DNA of 64,000 nucleotides from contig JAYVPI010000016.1 of the NCBI GenBank assembly GCA_043757405.1, positions 15,623 to 79,622 of the forward strand. Direction: 5' to 3'. Source of the DNA: Alphaproteobacteria bacterium. Its GTDB lineage: Bacteria; Pseudomonadota; Alphaproteobacteria; Rickettsiales; 21-14-0-20-44-7. Within the stretch, counting starts at the first letter, position 1, and every line of letters starts with the position of its first letter. A program made the position numbers and the translations under genes. Below are positions 20,530 to 29,589 of this stretch, piece after piece. The notes under the pieces were generated by a model. It was not told where the DNA came from, ran no database searches, and saw only the letters and a list, made by a program, of their open reading frames with translations.

Positions 20530-22119
20530 TTAAGAGCTAGTAGTTTTTTCCAGGACTATGTCAACGCGGTCAGGGACGCCGCTGCCGGCTTTGTTACCCA
20601 ATGGTTTGATGTCCATGCGATCGGCGTTGATATTGTGGTCAAGGAGGTAGCTGCGAACGGCCAGGGCGCGGGCGAGCGCTGTGCGTTTGGCTTGGCTTGC
20701 CTGGTCTGGGGTGCCGCTGGCATAGGCGATAACCGCGATATGCATGTTTTTATCGGCAGCGAGTTGAGAGATTATGCCATCGAGTTTTGGTTTTTCAGTG
20801 AGTGGCAATTCAACTTCAGCTTCGCCATAAACCATGGAAAGCGCGGCGCCGGAAGTGGCGGCAGGTACTTCGCTGGTTTGCAAAGTGTTTTGTGATTGGA
20901 CAATTACACTTTCTTTGGTTGGCATGCTGGCCGTATCGGTGAGTGGTGTTTTTGCCGGAACAGCGCCGCTGGTGGTTTCTTTTTTATCGAACAAATCAGA
21001 AAGCGGGGGCAGTTCTTTTACTGTCGGTTTTTCTAATGGGTTGTCAGTGCTGCTTGCGGCGATTGGCGGCAGGGCAGGTTTGGAAGCTAGAGTCGCCACT
21101 GGTGCGGCGATTATATCATGCGGCTGAATGATCAGTGGTGTCTTGGCGCTGGCAGTGCTTACTGGCTTTGGTGGAATATCCAATGATTTTTCCGCGATTG
21201 GTGTGGCTGCTTTTGCCGGAGCTGGTTTTTTAGCCTCCGGTTTTGCTTTTGGCGCTGGCGGCGGAGTTGGGGTTTGGGCATCTTCATTTGCTAAATCTAT
21301 GTCTTGGACAAGAGTGCCGATATTATCGGCGGTTTTAGTAGGTTTTTTTGCTTCTGGAGCTGATTTTTCTTCAATCAGTTTTGGTAAGGCCTGGGATGAT
21401 TGTGGCGCGGGAGGTGGCGATAATTCAGGCATAGAAGTCGCGCTGGCGGCGCTGGCTGGCAAAGTTACGATTTTATCGGCCTTGCGCAAGGCGATTATAT
21501 CTTTTGCCGGTAAATTCGGAGTGGTTTTTGTTGCTTCCGGTATTATGGCCGGGGCTGGCATATCGCTGAGTGCCGGTTGTTTATTATCGGCGGCGGCTAC
21601 AATTATAGGAGTTGGAGCCGGTTTGTTTTTGATATCCGATGCGGCCATTTCAGGTAAATTTATGGATGGCTTCGCTGGAGCTGCAGCTATCGCTGGTTGC
21701 GATTGCGGTAATGATGGCGCAGGTTTGTTCTTGGCTATCGGTTTAAATGCTTCTGTTAGCGGTGGTAAAGTTGGCGTTGGCGCGGTTTCAACTTCGGCGG
21801 TTTCTTCCTGAGCTGGTTTTGGAGTTGGTTTAATTTTGGCGAGTTGCTTTGTTTTATGCGCTGGTTTTGCAGCTTTCGCTGGTTGTGGATCAATCACTGG
21901 TTGTGCAGTGACCATGTTTGTTCCGGGGGCGCCGATATAACCGCTAACTGGGCGGCCATTATATGTCGGAGCGGCTGGTTCCAAATTGCCCAGGGCGCCT
22001 AGATTGACGCTGATTGACGGTTCGGAATTGTGAAGTTTATAGAAGCTTTCGCGGGCTTGGGCGCCTGATGTCAGGCCAATTGAAAGGATTGTTGCGCTTA
22101 AGAGGTTAATAATTTTCAT
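20530..22119 (-). CDS. OmpA-family peptidoglycan-binding protein with long Pro/Ala/Lys-rich linker
   Basis: Signal peptide, about 350 aa of PAPK-type low complexity, and a C-terminal OmpA_C-like domain (TALARALAVRSYLLDHNINADRMDIKPLG). Confidence 0.75.
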   Translation of the reverse strand: MKIINLLSATILSIGLTSGAQARESFYKLHNSEPSISVNLGALGNLEPAAPTYNGRPVSGYIGAPGTNMVTAQPVIDPQPAKAAKPAHKTKQLAKIKPTPKPAQEETAEVETAPTPTLPPLTEAFKPIAKNKPAPSLPQSQPAIAAAPAKPSINLPEMAASDIKNKPAPTPIIVAAADNKQPALSDMPAPAIIPEATKTTPNLPAKDIIALRKADKIVTLPASAASATSMPELSPPPAPQSSQALPKLIEEKSAPEAKKPTKTADNIGTLVQDIDLANEDAQTPTPPPAPKAKPEAKKPAPAKAATPIAEKSLDIPPKPVSTASAKTPLIIQPHDIIAAPVATLASKPALPPIAASSTDNPLEKPTVKELPPLSDLFDKKETTSGAVPAKTPLTDTASMPTKESVIVQSQNTLQTSEVPAATSGAALSMVYGEAEVELPLTEKPKLDGIISQLAADKNMHIAVIAYASGTPDQASQAKRTALARALAVRSYLLDHNINADRMDIKPLGNKAGSGVPDRVDIVLEKTTSS

Positions 22120-22148
22120 GTGAATATGCCCGTTGTTTAACTATTTAT

Positions 22149-22943
22149 TTAAACGGATAATAGACTGATAAGATTTTCGTGTAAATGATAATTAGAGGCT
22201 ACAACGTCGCCTTCTTCATAGAATTTTTCGCCTCCGGATACATCCGAAATTTTGCCGCCGGCTTCTTTTAAAATGATGATTCCGGCTGCCATATCCCACT
22301 TTTTCAAGGATAAATCCACCAACGCATCGAACTTGCCGCTGGCGAGATAGGCGAGGTCTAGCGCGGCGGAGTTGACGCAGCGGATAGTGCCGATTTTGGG
22401 GGTGAGTTTGTTGATGGCCTGGAGGATGTTTATTGGGGCTTTGGTCGGGCGGCGGTAGGAGCTGGGGGAGCCGCAGGCGATGAATGATTCGTTCAAACTG
22501 CGGCGTGAGGAAACGCGGACGCGTTTATTGTTGAGGAAAGTGCCGCCGTTTTTTTCGGCATAGAAAATTTCGTTATGGACTGGTGACATGATGACGCCGG
22601 CGACGGGTACGCCGTTTTTTTCCAGGCCGATGGAAATGCACCAATATGGGAAGCCGTGGAGGAAGTTGGTGGTGCCATCGAGCGGGTCGATGACGAAGCG
22701 GTAATCGGGGTGGGAGCGTTTATGTTCGCCGGATTCTTCGGCGAGGATGCTCCAATCGGGGCGGGCGGTAGTTAGTTCCTTGATGATGGTTTCTTCGGCT
22801 TTTTTATCGGCATTGCTGACGAAATCACCCGGGCCTTTGGCGGAGACTTGGAGGTTTTCGACTTCGCCGAAATCACGCAAGAGGCGGCCGCTGGCTTTTT
22901 TGGCGGCGTTGATCATTACGGTGAGGTGGGGGGAAGTGGTCAT
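22149..22943 (-). CDS. suhB: Inositol monophosphatase family protein
   Basis: DPLDGTTNFLHG and WDMAAG motifs. Confidence 0.9.
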   Translation of the reverse strand: MTTSPHLTVMINAAKKASGRLLRDFGEVENLQVSAKGPGDFVSNADKKAEETIIKELTTARPDWSILAEESGEHKRSHPDYRFVIDPLDGTTNFLHGFPYWCISIGLEKNGVPVAGVIMSPVHNEIFYAEKNGGTFLNNKRVRVSSRRSLNESFIACGSPSSYRRPTKAPINILQAINKLTPKIGTIRCVNSAALDLAYLASGKFDALVDLSLKKWDMAAGIIILKEAGGKISDVSGGEKFYEEGDVVASNYHLHENLISLLSV

Positions 22944-22961
22944 AGGGCATAGGGCATAGGG
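22941..22961. repeat. (CATAGGG)x3 heptamer array that includes the suhB start codon
   Basis: Read directly. The minus strand reads CCCTATG CCCTATG CCCTATG-ACC. Confidence 0.9.
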
Positions 22962-23000
22962 TATGAGCGGCAGAAAGTAAACGATTTTTTAGGCAAAAGC

Positions 23001-23048
23001 GTAAACACAGAAATACAGAAACACAGAAATCTGTATTTCTGTGTTTAC
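23001..23048. repeat. Family B hairpin built from ACACAGAA octamers
   Basis: Perfect 18-bp arms GTAAACACAGAAATACAG / CTGTATTTCTGTGTTTAC with a 12-nt loop. Confidence 0.85.
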
Positions 23049-23127
23049 GGCTGTAAAAAATACGGCGCGTAATTTGACTTATGCAGGTTTGAGGCGCATA
23101 ATTTAATTATAGGGTGGGATCGTATAA

Positions 23128-23664
23128 TTATCTTGCCGTAGAGGCGGCAGGTGCGCGGGTTTGCTGGTCAAGTCTTGCTAAAGCCGCTTCTCTGTCGTCA
23201 TGTGGGATATCAAATTTTATGGTTTCATTTCCATCGCCATCTCTAATCTTAAATTCCAGCCATTCGCCGGGTTTTATTTTACCCACTAAATCCCTGATAA
23301 TATCGACAGGTTTTGGATCACCAGTTACTTCCGTAGTTTTTCTGTCTAGTATTCTATCCACTGCGGATACGGTTTTACTTCTGGATGCTATTGCATCATA
23401 AGACTGAAGAATTAAAGGGCGCGGTCTTGAAAAAGCGCTTTTTGCAGAGTCTTTATCCATAAGAGTAACTTCAATAGTTTCTCCGTCTTTCAGAGCGCCT
23501 CTGGCCAAAGCGTTTGATATGGAACTAGCTTGTTCCCTCAATTCTGGGCGACCGTCAAACACGCGAGCATCAGCTTTATTTCTAAAATAATTGGGACCAG
23601 CGATTGCTCCAGCTACTGCTAATACTGCCGTAGCTACTGCATAATCAATTCCACCAGGTTTCAT
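23128..23664 (-). CDS. Hypothetical membrane-anchored protein (178 aa)
   Basis: N-terminal TM AVATAVLAVAGAIAG. AT-rich. No family recognised. Confidence 0.5.
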   Translation of the reverse strand: MKPGGIDYAVATAVLAVAGAIAGPNYFRNKADARVFDGRPELREQASSISNALARGALKDGETIEVTLMDKDSAKSAFSRPRPLILQSYDAIASRSKTVSAVDRILDRKTTEVTGDPKPVDIIRDLVGKIKPGEWLEFKIRDGDGNETIKFDIPHDDREAALARLDQQTRAPAASTAR

Positions 23665-23755
23665 ACACTATCCTATTATTAATATTAGCTAATCTTAGAA
23701 TAGAATAATTTCATAAATATGACAGATGTATGAAGGTTTTATTACAAAGAATAGC

Positions 23756-24322
23756 TTATTTATTATCCCGTCCCACATATGAAAAATCGGCGGTGTTGAC
23801 GATGATTTTATCGGTGGAGTTGATGAATGGCGGGACCATTACGCGGGCGCCGTTTTCGCAGATGGCGGGTTTGTATGAGCCGCTGGCGGTTTGGCCTTTG
23901 ACTACTGGTTCGGTTTCGCGGATTTGTAGGGAGACTTGTTCGGGTAATGCGATGGTCAAAGGTTGGTTGTCGTAGATTTCGACATCGACTTGCATACCGT
24001 CCTGGAGGAAGATGATCGCATCGCCTACCATGGTTTTTTTGATGTGGATTTGTTCGTAGTTTTCGTTGTCCATTAATACTAAATCATCGCCTTCAGCATA
24101 AAGATATTGGTATTTTTTGCGCTCGATGCGCACCGTCTCGATCATGTCAGATTGGCCGAGGCGGGTGTTGGTTTTGGTGCCGGTTTTGATGTCGCGCATC
24201 TCCACCTGGTTGAAGGAGGAGAGGTTGCCGGGGGTGCGGATTTCGTGTTTTACTACCACCCACAGCTTTTTTTCATATTCCACCACCATGCCCATGCGCA
24301 CCTGCGTTCCACCGATTTTCAT
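23756..24322 (-). CDS. efp: Elongation factor P
   Basis: 188 aa with three EF-P domains, VVKGQTASGSYKPA...VMVPPFI. Confidence 0.95.
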   Translation of the reverse strand: MKIGGTQVRMGMVVEYEKKLWVVVKHEIRTPGNLSSFNQVEMRDIKTGTKTNTRLGQSDMIETVRIERKKYQYLYAEGDDLVLMDNENYEQIHIKKTMVGDAIIFLQDGMQVDVEIYDNQPLTIALPEQVSLQIRETEPVVKGQTASGSYKPAICENGARVMVPPFINSTDKIIVNTADFSYVGRDNK

Positions 24323-24394
24323 AATTATCCTTTAAAGTTTAGTAGTTTGCGCGGTTAATAACTTAAAATCTGGTAATTTGCAATAGGATATATA

Positions 24395-24423
24395 TTGACA
24401 TCAAATCGCAATGATGGTAAAAT
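24395..24423 (+). promoter_or_regulatory. Near-consensus sigma70-type promoter upstream of vapBC-1
   Basis: TTGACA (24395-24400), 17-nt spacer, TAAAAT (24418-24423). About 140 nt of leader follows before the ATG at 24565. Confidence 0.5.
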
Positions 24424-24564
24424 GCCATCATAAAGTCTACTATGCCTTGCGACAAATGTGATTTTTCTGCGCTCCGCTGCTCACGTACTGAGTGTACGCT
24501 CCGCTACGGTGCTCGAAACTCCATTTTCGCTGGCGGCCTAGCGACTTTGTAAACAGGTGGAATT

Positions 24565-24861
24565 ATGATAAAAACACAAGTGCAAATCCCTGAAGATGTC
24601 TATCGGGAAGTTAAGAATATAATCAAGCGCAAGGAAATGTCCTTTGCCGAAGCGGTGCGGCGGGGATTAGAGCAGTTCCTGCTGATTTACCGGCATGTTC
24701 CAGAAGCTGAAACGGAATGGAAACTGCCCCTATTAAAGGCCGGCATATTCAATCCAAATTTTAAAGAAGAGGATTATAAAAAAATAATTGATGATGAAGA
24801 GACTGAACATTTTAAAAAAATAATTGGTCTAAATGACCGCGCCAGCGATGAAATCAGTTGA
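24565..24861 (+). CDS. vapB: Ribbon-helix-helix-type antitoxin (VapB-like)
   Basis: Small protein directly upstream of and overlapping a PIN gene. N-terminal beta-strand/helix pattern KTQVQIPEDVYREVK. Confidence 0.65.
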   Translation: MIKTQVQIPEDVYREVKNIIKRKEMSFAEAVRRGLEQFLLIYRHVPEAETEWKLPLLKAGIFNPNFKEEDYKKIIDDEETEHFKKIIGLNDRASDEIS

Positions 24862-25276
24862 TACAAATATTTTCGTTAAGGCAATTGTTCCTAATTTGCC
24901 CCAGCATAAAGAGGCGAGGGGATTTTTAGAAAACATTGATAGTGAGGAGATTATAATATGCGAGTTGATGCTTGCTGAATTATATGTTGTGCTCAGAAAT
25001 CCAAACGCTGTAAATGCTAAATATTCTGCGCAAGAGGTTATAGATATTATCCTTGCTTTACGTAGGAATTCTAAATGGATATTAGTAGAAAATGCGCCAG
25101 TTATGGAAAAAGTATGGGAGTTTACTGCTAAGCCATATTTCGCCATTCGCCGGATTTATGATGTAAGGCTGGCGCTAACCCTCCAGCATTATGGCGTCAC
25201 CGAATTTGCCACAGCTAATGTCAAGGATTTCGAGGGGTTGGGATTCAAGAAAGTGTGGAACCCGCTTATTTCTTGA
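24848..25276 (+). CDS. vapC: PIN-domain toxin (VapC)
   Basis: N-terminal VDTNIFV acidic motif, about 140 aa, overlaps the antitoxin gene. Confidence 0.8.
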   Translation: MKSVDTNIFVKAIVPNLPQHKEARGFLENIDSEEIIICELMLAELYVVLRNPNAVNAKYSAQEVIDIILALRRNSKWILVENAPVMEKVWEFTAKPYFAIRRIYDVRLALTLQHYGVTEFATANVKDFEGLGFKKVWNPLIS

Positions 25277-26237
25277 GAGCTTCCCGCAGCTTTTTAATAT
25301 TCTCTACATGCTCTTTATACGTCGCCGCGAAGTTGTGGCCGCCGGTGCCGCTGGCTACGAAGAAGAGGTATTCGCTGGCCGCGGGGTGAAGGACGGCTTC
25401 GATGGCTTTGGGGCCGGGGTTGCAGATGGGGCCTGGGGGCAGGGCGGGGATTATATATGTGTTGTAGGGGTTGTTGGCGTCAACGTCTTGGGCGGTGGGC
25501 TTGTGGCCGAGAGCTGTGCCTTTGGTGATGCCGTAGACTGCGGTGGGGTCGGATTCGAGTTTCATGCCTTTGTTGAGGCGGTTGATGAAGACGCTGGCGA
25601 CCATTGGGCGTTCATCGGCGGCGGCGGTTTCTTTTTCGACTATTGAGGCGAGGATTATAGCTTCTTCTTTGGTTTTAAATGGCAGGTTGGGAGCGCGTTT
25701 GGCCCATAAGTCATCGACGATCGGCGGCAGGTTTTTTTGCATTTGGGAAAGGATGTCGAGATCGGTATCGCCGTAATGGTAATAATATGTTTGCGGGAGG
25801 AGCGTGCCTTCTGCGGGGAGTTCGGAAGGGACGGCGAGAAGTTTCAGGCGTTCGGCTTTTTGTAATATGTCATAAATTTCGAGGACGCTTTTGCCTTCGG
25901 GGATGACGATTTTGCGGATGATGGTCTGGCCCTGTTGCATACGGTCGAGAATTGCTTCAGGGGTTATGCCCGGCTCAAAAGCATATTCACCGAATTTGGG
26001 GTTGGTTTTTTTGTAATATTTGGCGAGCGCGGCGAAAACTTTAGGATATTCGATTATGCCCTGCTCGCCCATCTCAGTTGCTACCTGGCTGATGCCGTGG
26101 CCTTTTTCGACGATGAAGATTTTGGTGCCGGTGAGTTGGGTGGGGGTGTGGTAATAGTTGTCGAGCCAGTAATATGCGGCGGCGGCGAGCAATGCTGCAA
26201 GCAAAAGCATTGTAATAAATATCTTCAGAATTTTCAT
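25266..26237 (-). CDS. mltG: Endolytic murein transglycosylase (YceG family)
   Basis: N-terminal TM. LASIVEKETAAADERPMVASVFINRL. C-terminal HNFAATYKEH. Confidence 0.9.
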   Translation of the reverse strand: MKILKIFITMLLLAALLAAAAYYWLDNYYHTPTQLTGTKIFIVEKGHGISQVATEMGEQGIIEYPKVFAALAKYYKKTNPKFGEYAFEPGITPEAILDRMQQGQTIIRKIVIPEGKSVLEIYDILQKAERLKLLAVPSELPAEGTLLPQTYYYHYGDTDLDILSQMQKNLPPIVDDLWAKRAPNLPFKTKEEAIILASIVEKETAAADERPMVASVFINRLNKGMKLESDPTAVYGITKGTALGHKPTAQDVDANNPYNTYIIPALPPGPICNPGPKAIEAVLHPAASEYLFFVASGTGGHNFAATYKEHVENIKKLREALKK

Positions 26238-26284
26238 GCCTGGAGTTTAGAGAAGTTTCTACCTGCAGCAAGAGAATTAGTCTT

Positions 26285-27196
26285 TTACAGCCTAATTGAC
26301 TTTTGTGATATGTGGCAGAAAGTTTGAACTTCTGGCAGAAAAGGAATCACGAGGTCGTAATCGGCACGGAAAGTTGCAAATGCCAATTTACCCTCATCAT
26401 CATTGGGAAGTTTTACTGACATACCATTTGGGCAATCTACGGGATCCAATTCGGGTAAAGGAGTTCCATCCATAGATCTCACTGCGTCTGGTGGCAGGTC
26501 TTTATAGTCTTCTAAAATTTCGTCGCACTCGCATCTTGGCGAGATCAGTGCAAAATAATCAACAATGCGTTTAAAATTATCTCTTACGTTCTCAGCATTA
26601 TTTAAGGCCAGTTCTCCCACCATTCCAAAACGTGGCTCAAGTGTTAAATGTAATGAAGGTGGTAAGCCGGGCCTGCTTCTTTCAAATTTTATAAAAGGGT
26701 CGGCATTTTCTGTTAGAGTTTGTAAAACAATTAGGTCTGTTTGCCTTAGCTCTCCGACAATTTCAGATAATGTAATTAATTCGGCAGTGTTTTCGTCAAC
26801 CGAAAATAACGGCCTTTTTGCTATTTTAGCATGTTTTGCCATGACTTCAAAAAAGATTTGTGCTCCGTCAAGAAGTATTCTTACTGCCAATTTTCCCTTA
26901 TAGGGGACTACATCTTCTATATAGCGTGAGCCCCTTTTATGAAATAAGTGGCTCTGTAAGATTTCCGATTTGGTTTGAGGGTCATCTATGATGAGGTAAA
27001 TTTCATGACCAAATCCCCATCTGTTCTTTAATGAGTCAACTGCGCCGCTTTGAATTAGTTCGAGGCGATTAGTTTCATCAAACAAGCTTAATGTAAATGC
27101 TCCAGGTTTTCTGGATGCCATGAAGGCGATTGCTTCATATTGCGAACGTAAAAGCTCATGATATTCTTTAACTTCTTCCTTTTTACCCATAATCAA
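26285..27196 (-). CDS. Hypothetical protein (303 aa), AT-rich orphan between mltG and fabF
   Basis: Long ORF. No signal peptide or recognisable domain. Confidence 0.5.
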   Translation of the reverse strand: MIMGKKEEVKEYHELLRSQYEAIAFMASRKPGAFTLSLFDETNRLELIQSGAVDSLKNRWGFGHEIYLIIDDPQTKSEILQSHLFHKRGSRYIEDVVPYKGKLAVRILLDGAQIFFEVMAKHAKIAKRPLFSVDENTAELITLSEIVGELRQTDLIVLQTLTENADPFIKFERSRPGLPPSLHLTLEPRFGMVGELALNNAENVRDNFKRIVDYFALISPRCECDEILEDYKDLPPDAVRSMDGTPLPELDPVDCPNGMSVKLPNDDEGKLAFATFRADYDLVIPFLPEVQTFCHISQKSIRL

Positions 27197-27232
27197 TAGG
27201 ATTAGAGTAATGATTAATAAATGTCAACCATA

Positions 27233-28498
27233 TTAAGCGGCATATTTGCTGAACACCAGCGTCGCATTCGTCCCGCCGAAGCCGAAGGAGTTGGAGAGGA
27301 CGCGCTCGATTTTGCGTTCTTTGGCTTTTAGTGGGACTAGATCCATGTCGCAGGAATCGGAGGGGTTCTCGAGGTTCAAAGTCGGCGGGCAGATTTGGTC
27401 GCGCATGGCGAGGATGGAGAAGATGGCTTCCACGGCTCCGGCTGCGCCGAGGAGGTGGCCGATGCTGGATTTGGTGGAGGACATTGAGACTTTTCCTGCG
27501 GCATTTCCGAATAAGCGTTTTACGGCGCCGTGTTCGATTTCATCGCCTTTTGGCGTGCTGGTGCCGTGGGCGTTTATGTAGTCGATATCGGATGGAGTGA
27601 GTTGCGCGTCTTTTAATGCGGCTTGCATGGCGCGGTAGCCGCCGTCGCCGTTTTCGGTAGGGCTGGTGATGTGGAATGCGTCGCCGGACATTCCATAGCC
27701 GACTAATTCACCATAAATTTTGGCGCCGCGTTTTTTGGCGTGTTCGAGTTCTTCCATCACAAGGACGCCTGCGCCTTCGCCCATGACAAAGCCATCCCGG
27801 CCTTTATCCCACGGGCGGGAGGCTTTTTCGGGGGTTTCGTTATATGAAGTTGAGAGCGCGCGGGCGGCGGCGAAACCGGCGATGCCGAGGCGGCAAATTG
27901 CGCTTTCGGCGCCGCCGGCGATCATGACATCGGCGTCACCATATTTGATGATACGTGCCGCGTCGCCAATTGCGTGGGTGCCGGTGGCGCAGGCGGTGAC
28001 AACGGCATGGTTAGGGCCTTTGAAGCCGTATTTGATTGAGATATTTCCGGAGGCGAGGTTAATCAAGCATGATGGGATGAAGAAAGGGCTGAGGCGGCGC
28101 GGGCCTTTTTCTTTGAGCAATAACGCAGCTTCTTCGATGCCAGGAAGGCCGCCGATGCCGGAGCCGATGATGATGCCAGTGCGTTCTTTGTCTTCATCAG
28201 TTTGCGGGAGCCAGCCGGAATCATTGATGGCTTCGTCCGCCGCGCCATAAGCGAAGTGGATGAAACGGTCGACTTTGCGCTGGTCTTTGGGGTCGAGGGA
28301 AGTGTCGGGATTGAAGAGGCCTTCTGTAGTTCCGTAAGGAACCTGGCCGGCGACTTTGCACGGCAGATCGCTGGTGTCGATGCGGTCTATTGCCTTGATG
28401 CCAGATTGCCCTTTGAGAAGTTTTTCCCAAGTGGTTTTAACGCCAGCGGCAAGGGGAGTGACTGCTCCGATTCCGGTAACTACTACACGTCTTGTCAT
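27233..28498 (-). CDS. fabF: 3-oxoacyl-ACP synthase II
   Basis: Active-site AVVTACATG, HGTSTPKGD, NSFGFGGTNA. Confidence 0.95.
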   Translation of the reverse strand: MTRRVVVTGIGAVTPLAAGVKTTWEKLLKGQSGIKAIDRIDTSDLPCKVAGQVPYGTTEGLFNPDTSLDPKDQRKVDRFIHFAYGAADEAINDSGWLPQTDEDKERTGIIIGSGIGGLPGIEEAALLLKEKGPRRLSPFFIPSCLINLASGNISIKYGFKGPNHAVVTACATGTHAIGDAARIIKYGDADVMIAGGAESAICRLGIAGFAAARALSTSYNETPEKASRPWDKGRDGFVMGEGAGVLVMEELEHAKKRGAKIYGELVGYGMSGDAFHITSPTENGDGGYRAMQAALKDAQLTPSDIDYINAHGTSTPKGDEIEHGAVKRLFGNAAGKVSMSSTKSSIGHLLGAAGAVEAIFSILAMRDQICPPTLNLENPSDSCDMDLVPLKAKERKIERVLSNSFGFGGTNATLVFSKYAA

Positions 28499-28502
28499 AT
28501 AT

Positions 28503-28594
28503 GAGAACTTAGAATGTTAGAACTTGGAACGTTAGAACTTTTAATTAAGAAATACAACATTTCTAAGTTCTAAACCTCTATGTTCTAAAGTTCT
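28503..28594. repeat. Family B imperfect hairpin built from GTTAGAAC-type units
   Basis: GAGAACTTAGAATGTTAGAACTTGGAACGTTAGAAC ... TTCTAAGTTCTAAACCTCTATGTTCTAAAGTTCT. It fills the acpP-stop to fabF-start gap. Confidence 0.7.
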
Positions 28595-28826
28595 ACTTGT
28601 GTGAATCAACGTAATTGATGGCGTCTTGAACGGTGGTGATTTTTTCCGCAGCGTCATCAGGGATTTCGATTGAGAATGCTTCTTCAAATGCCATAACGAG
28701 TTCAACTTGATCCAGGGAATCAGCGCCCAGATCATCAACGAAGCTAGATGTTTCAGTAATTTTGCCTTCGTCAACGCCGAGATGCTCAGCTACGATTTTT
28801 TTGATTTTTTCAGAAGTATCAGACAT
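28593..28826 (-). CDS. acpP: Acyl carrier protein
   Basis: [18 protein letters not shown] phosphopantetheine site. 77 aa. Confidence 0.95.
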   Translation of the reverse strand: MSDTSEKIKKIVAEHLGVDEGKITETSSFVDDLGADSLDQVELVMAFEEAFSIEIPDDAAEKITTVQDAINYVDSHK

Positions 28827-28894
28827 TCGAGTTCTCCATGATTAATAAGAATAGTTGTTAATAGCGAATTGTTTTGCAGTGTCAAGTTTGATTT

Positions 28895-28917
28895 GGGTTG
28901 TAGTTGCATGGTTGCAT
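28895..28917. repeat. Solo arm of the GGTTGCAT octamer repeat
   Basis: GGGTTGTAGTTGCATGGTTGCAT upstream of acpP. No complementary arm seen. Confidence 0.5.
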
Positions 28918-28947
28918 TAATCAATAAAAATCGGCACAACTAAACTA

Positions 28948-29550
28948 TCAATATTCTCTTGCAATAGTCAGGGGAGTTCTCCTACCATGAGTTGTCCGTG
29001 ATAAAAAAGTTGGCTCCCGATTTAGTTTGCCGCTTGCTATGAGATAACCTGCCTGCTGATATGCGGCATCTTGCGGAACTATCGCTCTATCAGGCGCAAA
29101 TTCCTTTCCTGCCGAATACATATCAAATCCCCTTTGTATACGCTTGGCGGCATTATCAGCACCATATTTTGTTTCTGCATTCACCATTCTTTGGATATCT
29201 GCACGCATAATTGTATCGCCCCAAATCATAGCAACGCATTCAACTTGTCCAGATTGGGCAGCACCGTAGGCTGCATAGTAAGCTTCACTAGATTCATAAT
29301 AACCGCCTTTTCCGAAGGTGTTTACAGCATGCATTACATTTCCGTTTCTTATCATAGCCTTTAGGCAATTTACACGGCCATCATTCGCGGCTTTTCTAAA
29401 TATTTGTACCAACATGTAAGATTCTTGGTCTTTGGCGGGGGTAACTCTCAATATATGTAAAAGTTGTGTAGCATCGTCTCGCTCTAATGCTAAACGAGTA
29501 TTAGCTTGAAATTCTGTTGGTTCACCGCAGCCACATCCCTGATCTGTCAT
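28948..29550 (-). CDS. Hypothetical protein (200 aa), AT-rich orphan between acpP and fabG
   Basis: Long ORF only. No family recognised. Confidence 0.45.
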   Translation of the reverse strand: MTDQGCGCGEPTEFQANTRLALERDDATQLLHILRVTPAKDQESYMLVQIFRKAANDGRVNCLKAMIRNGNVMHAVNTFGKGGYYESSEAYYAAYGAAQSGQVECVAMIWGDTIMRADIQRMVNAETKYGADNAAKRIQRGFDMYSAGKEFAPDRAIVPQDAAYQQAGYLIASGKLNREPTFLSRTTHGRRTPLTIAREY

Positions 29551-29589
29551 TATTAAAAAAGGTTAATGGTAACTAAAGCAAACGTCAAG

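Noticed and set aside
21128-21811. 227-aa Gly/Ala-rich ORF on the plus strand
   Set aside because: It is antisense to the Pro/Ala/Lys-rich linker of the OmpA-family gene. Low-complexity mirror frames stay open by chance.
24433-24534. 33-codon ORF (MPCDKCDF...) in the vapBC-1 leader as a real small protein
   Set aside because: It has no Shine-Dalgarno, the sequence is dominated by direct repeats, and it is too short to judge. It is kept only as part of the leader observation.
24565-25276. The two vapBC modules (also 33580-34238) as novel systems
   Set aside because: Both are standard type II PIN-toxin modules with RHH or AbrB antitoxins. They are annotated as features but are not unusual in themselves.
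28541-28774. 77-aa ORF overlapping acpP in another frame
   Set aside because: acpP (28593-28826) is unambiguous through its DSLD site. The alternative frame has no support.
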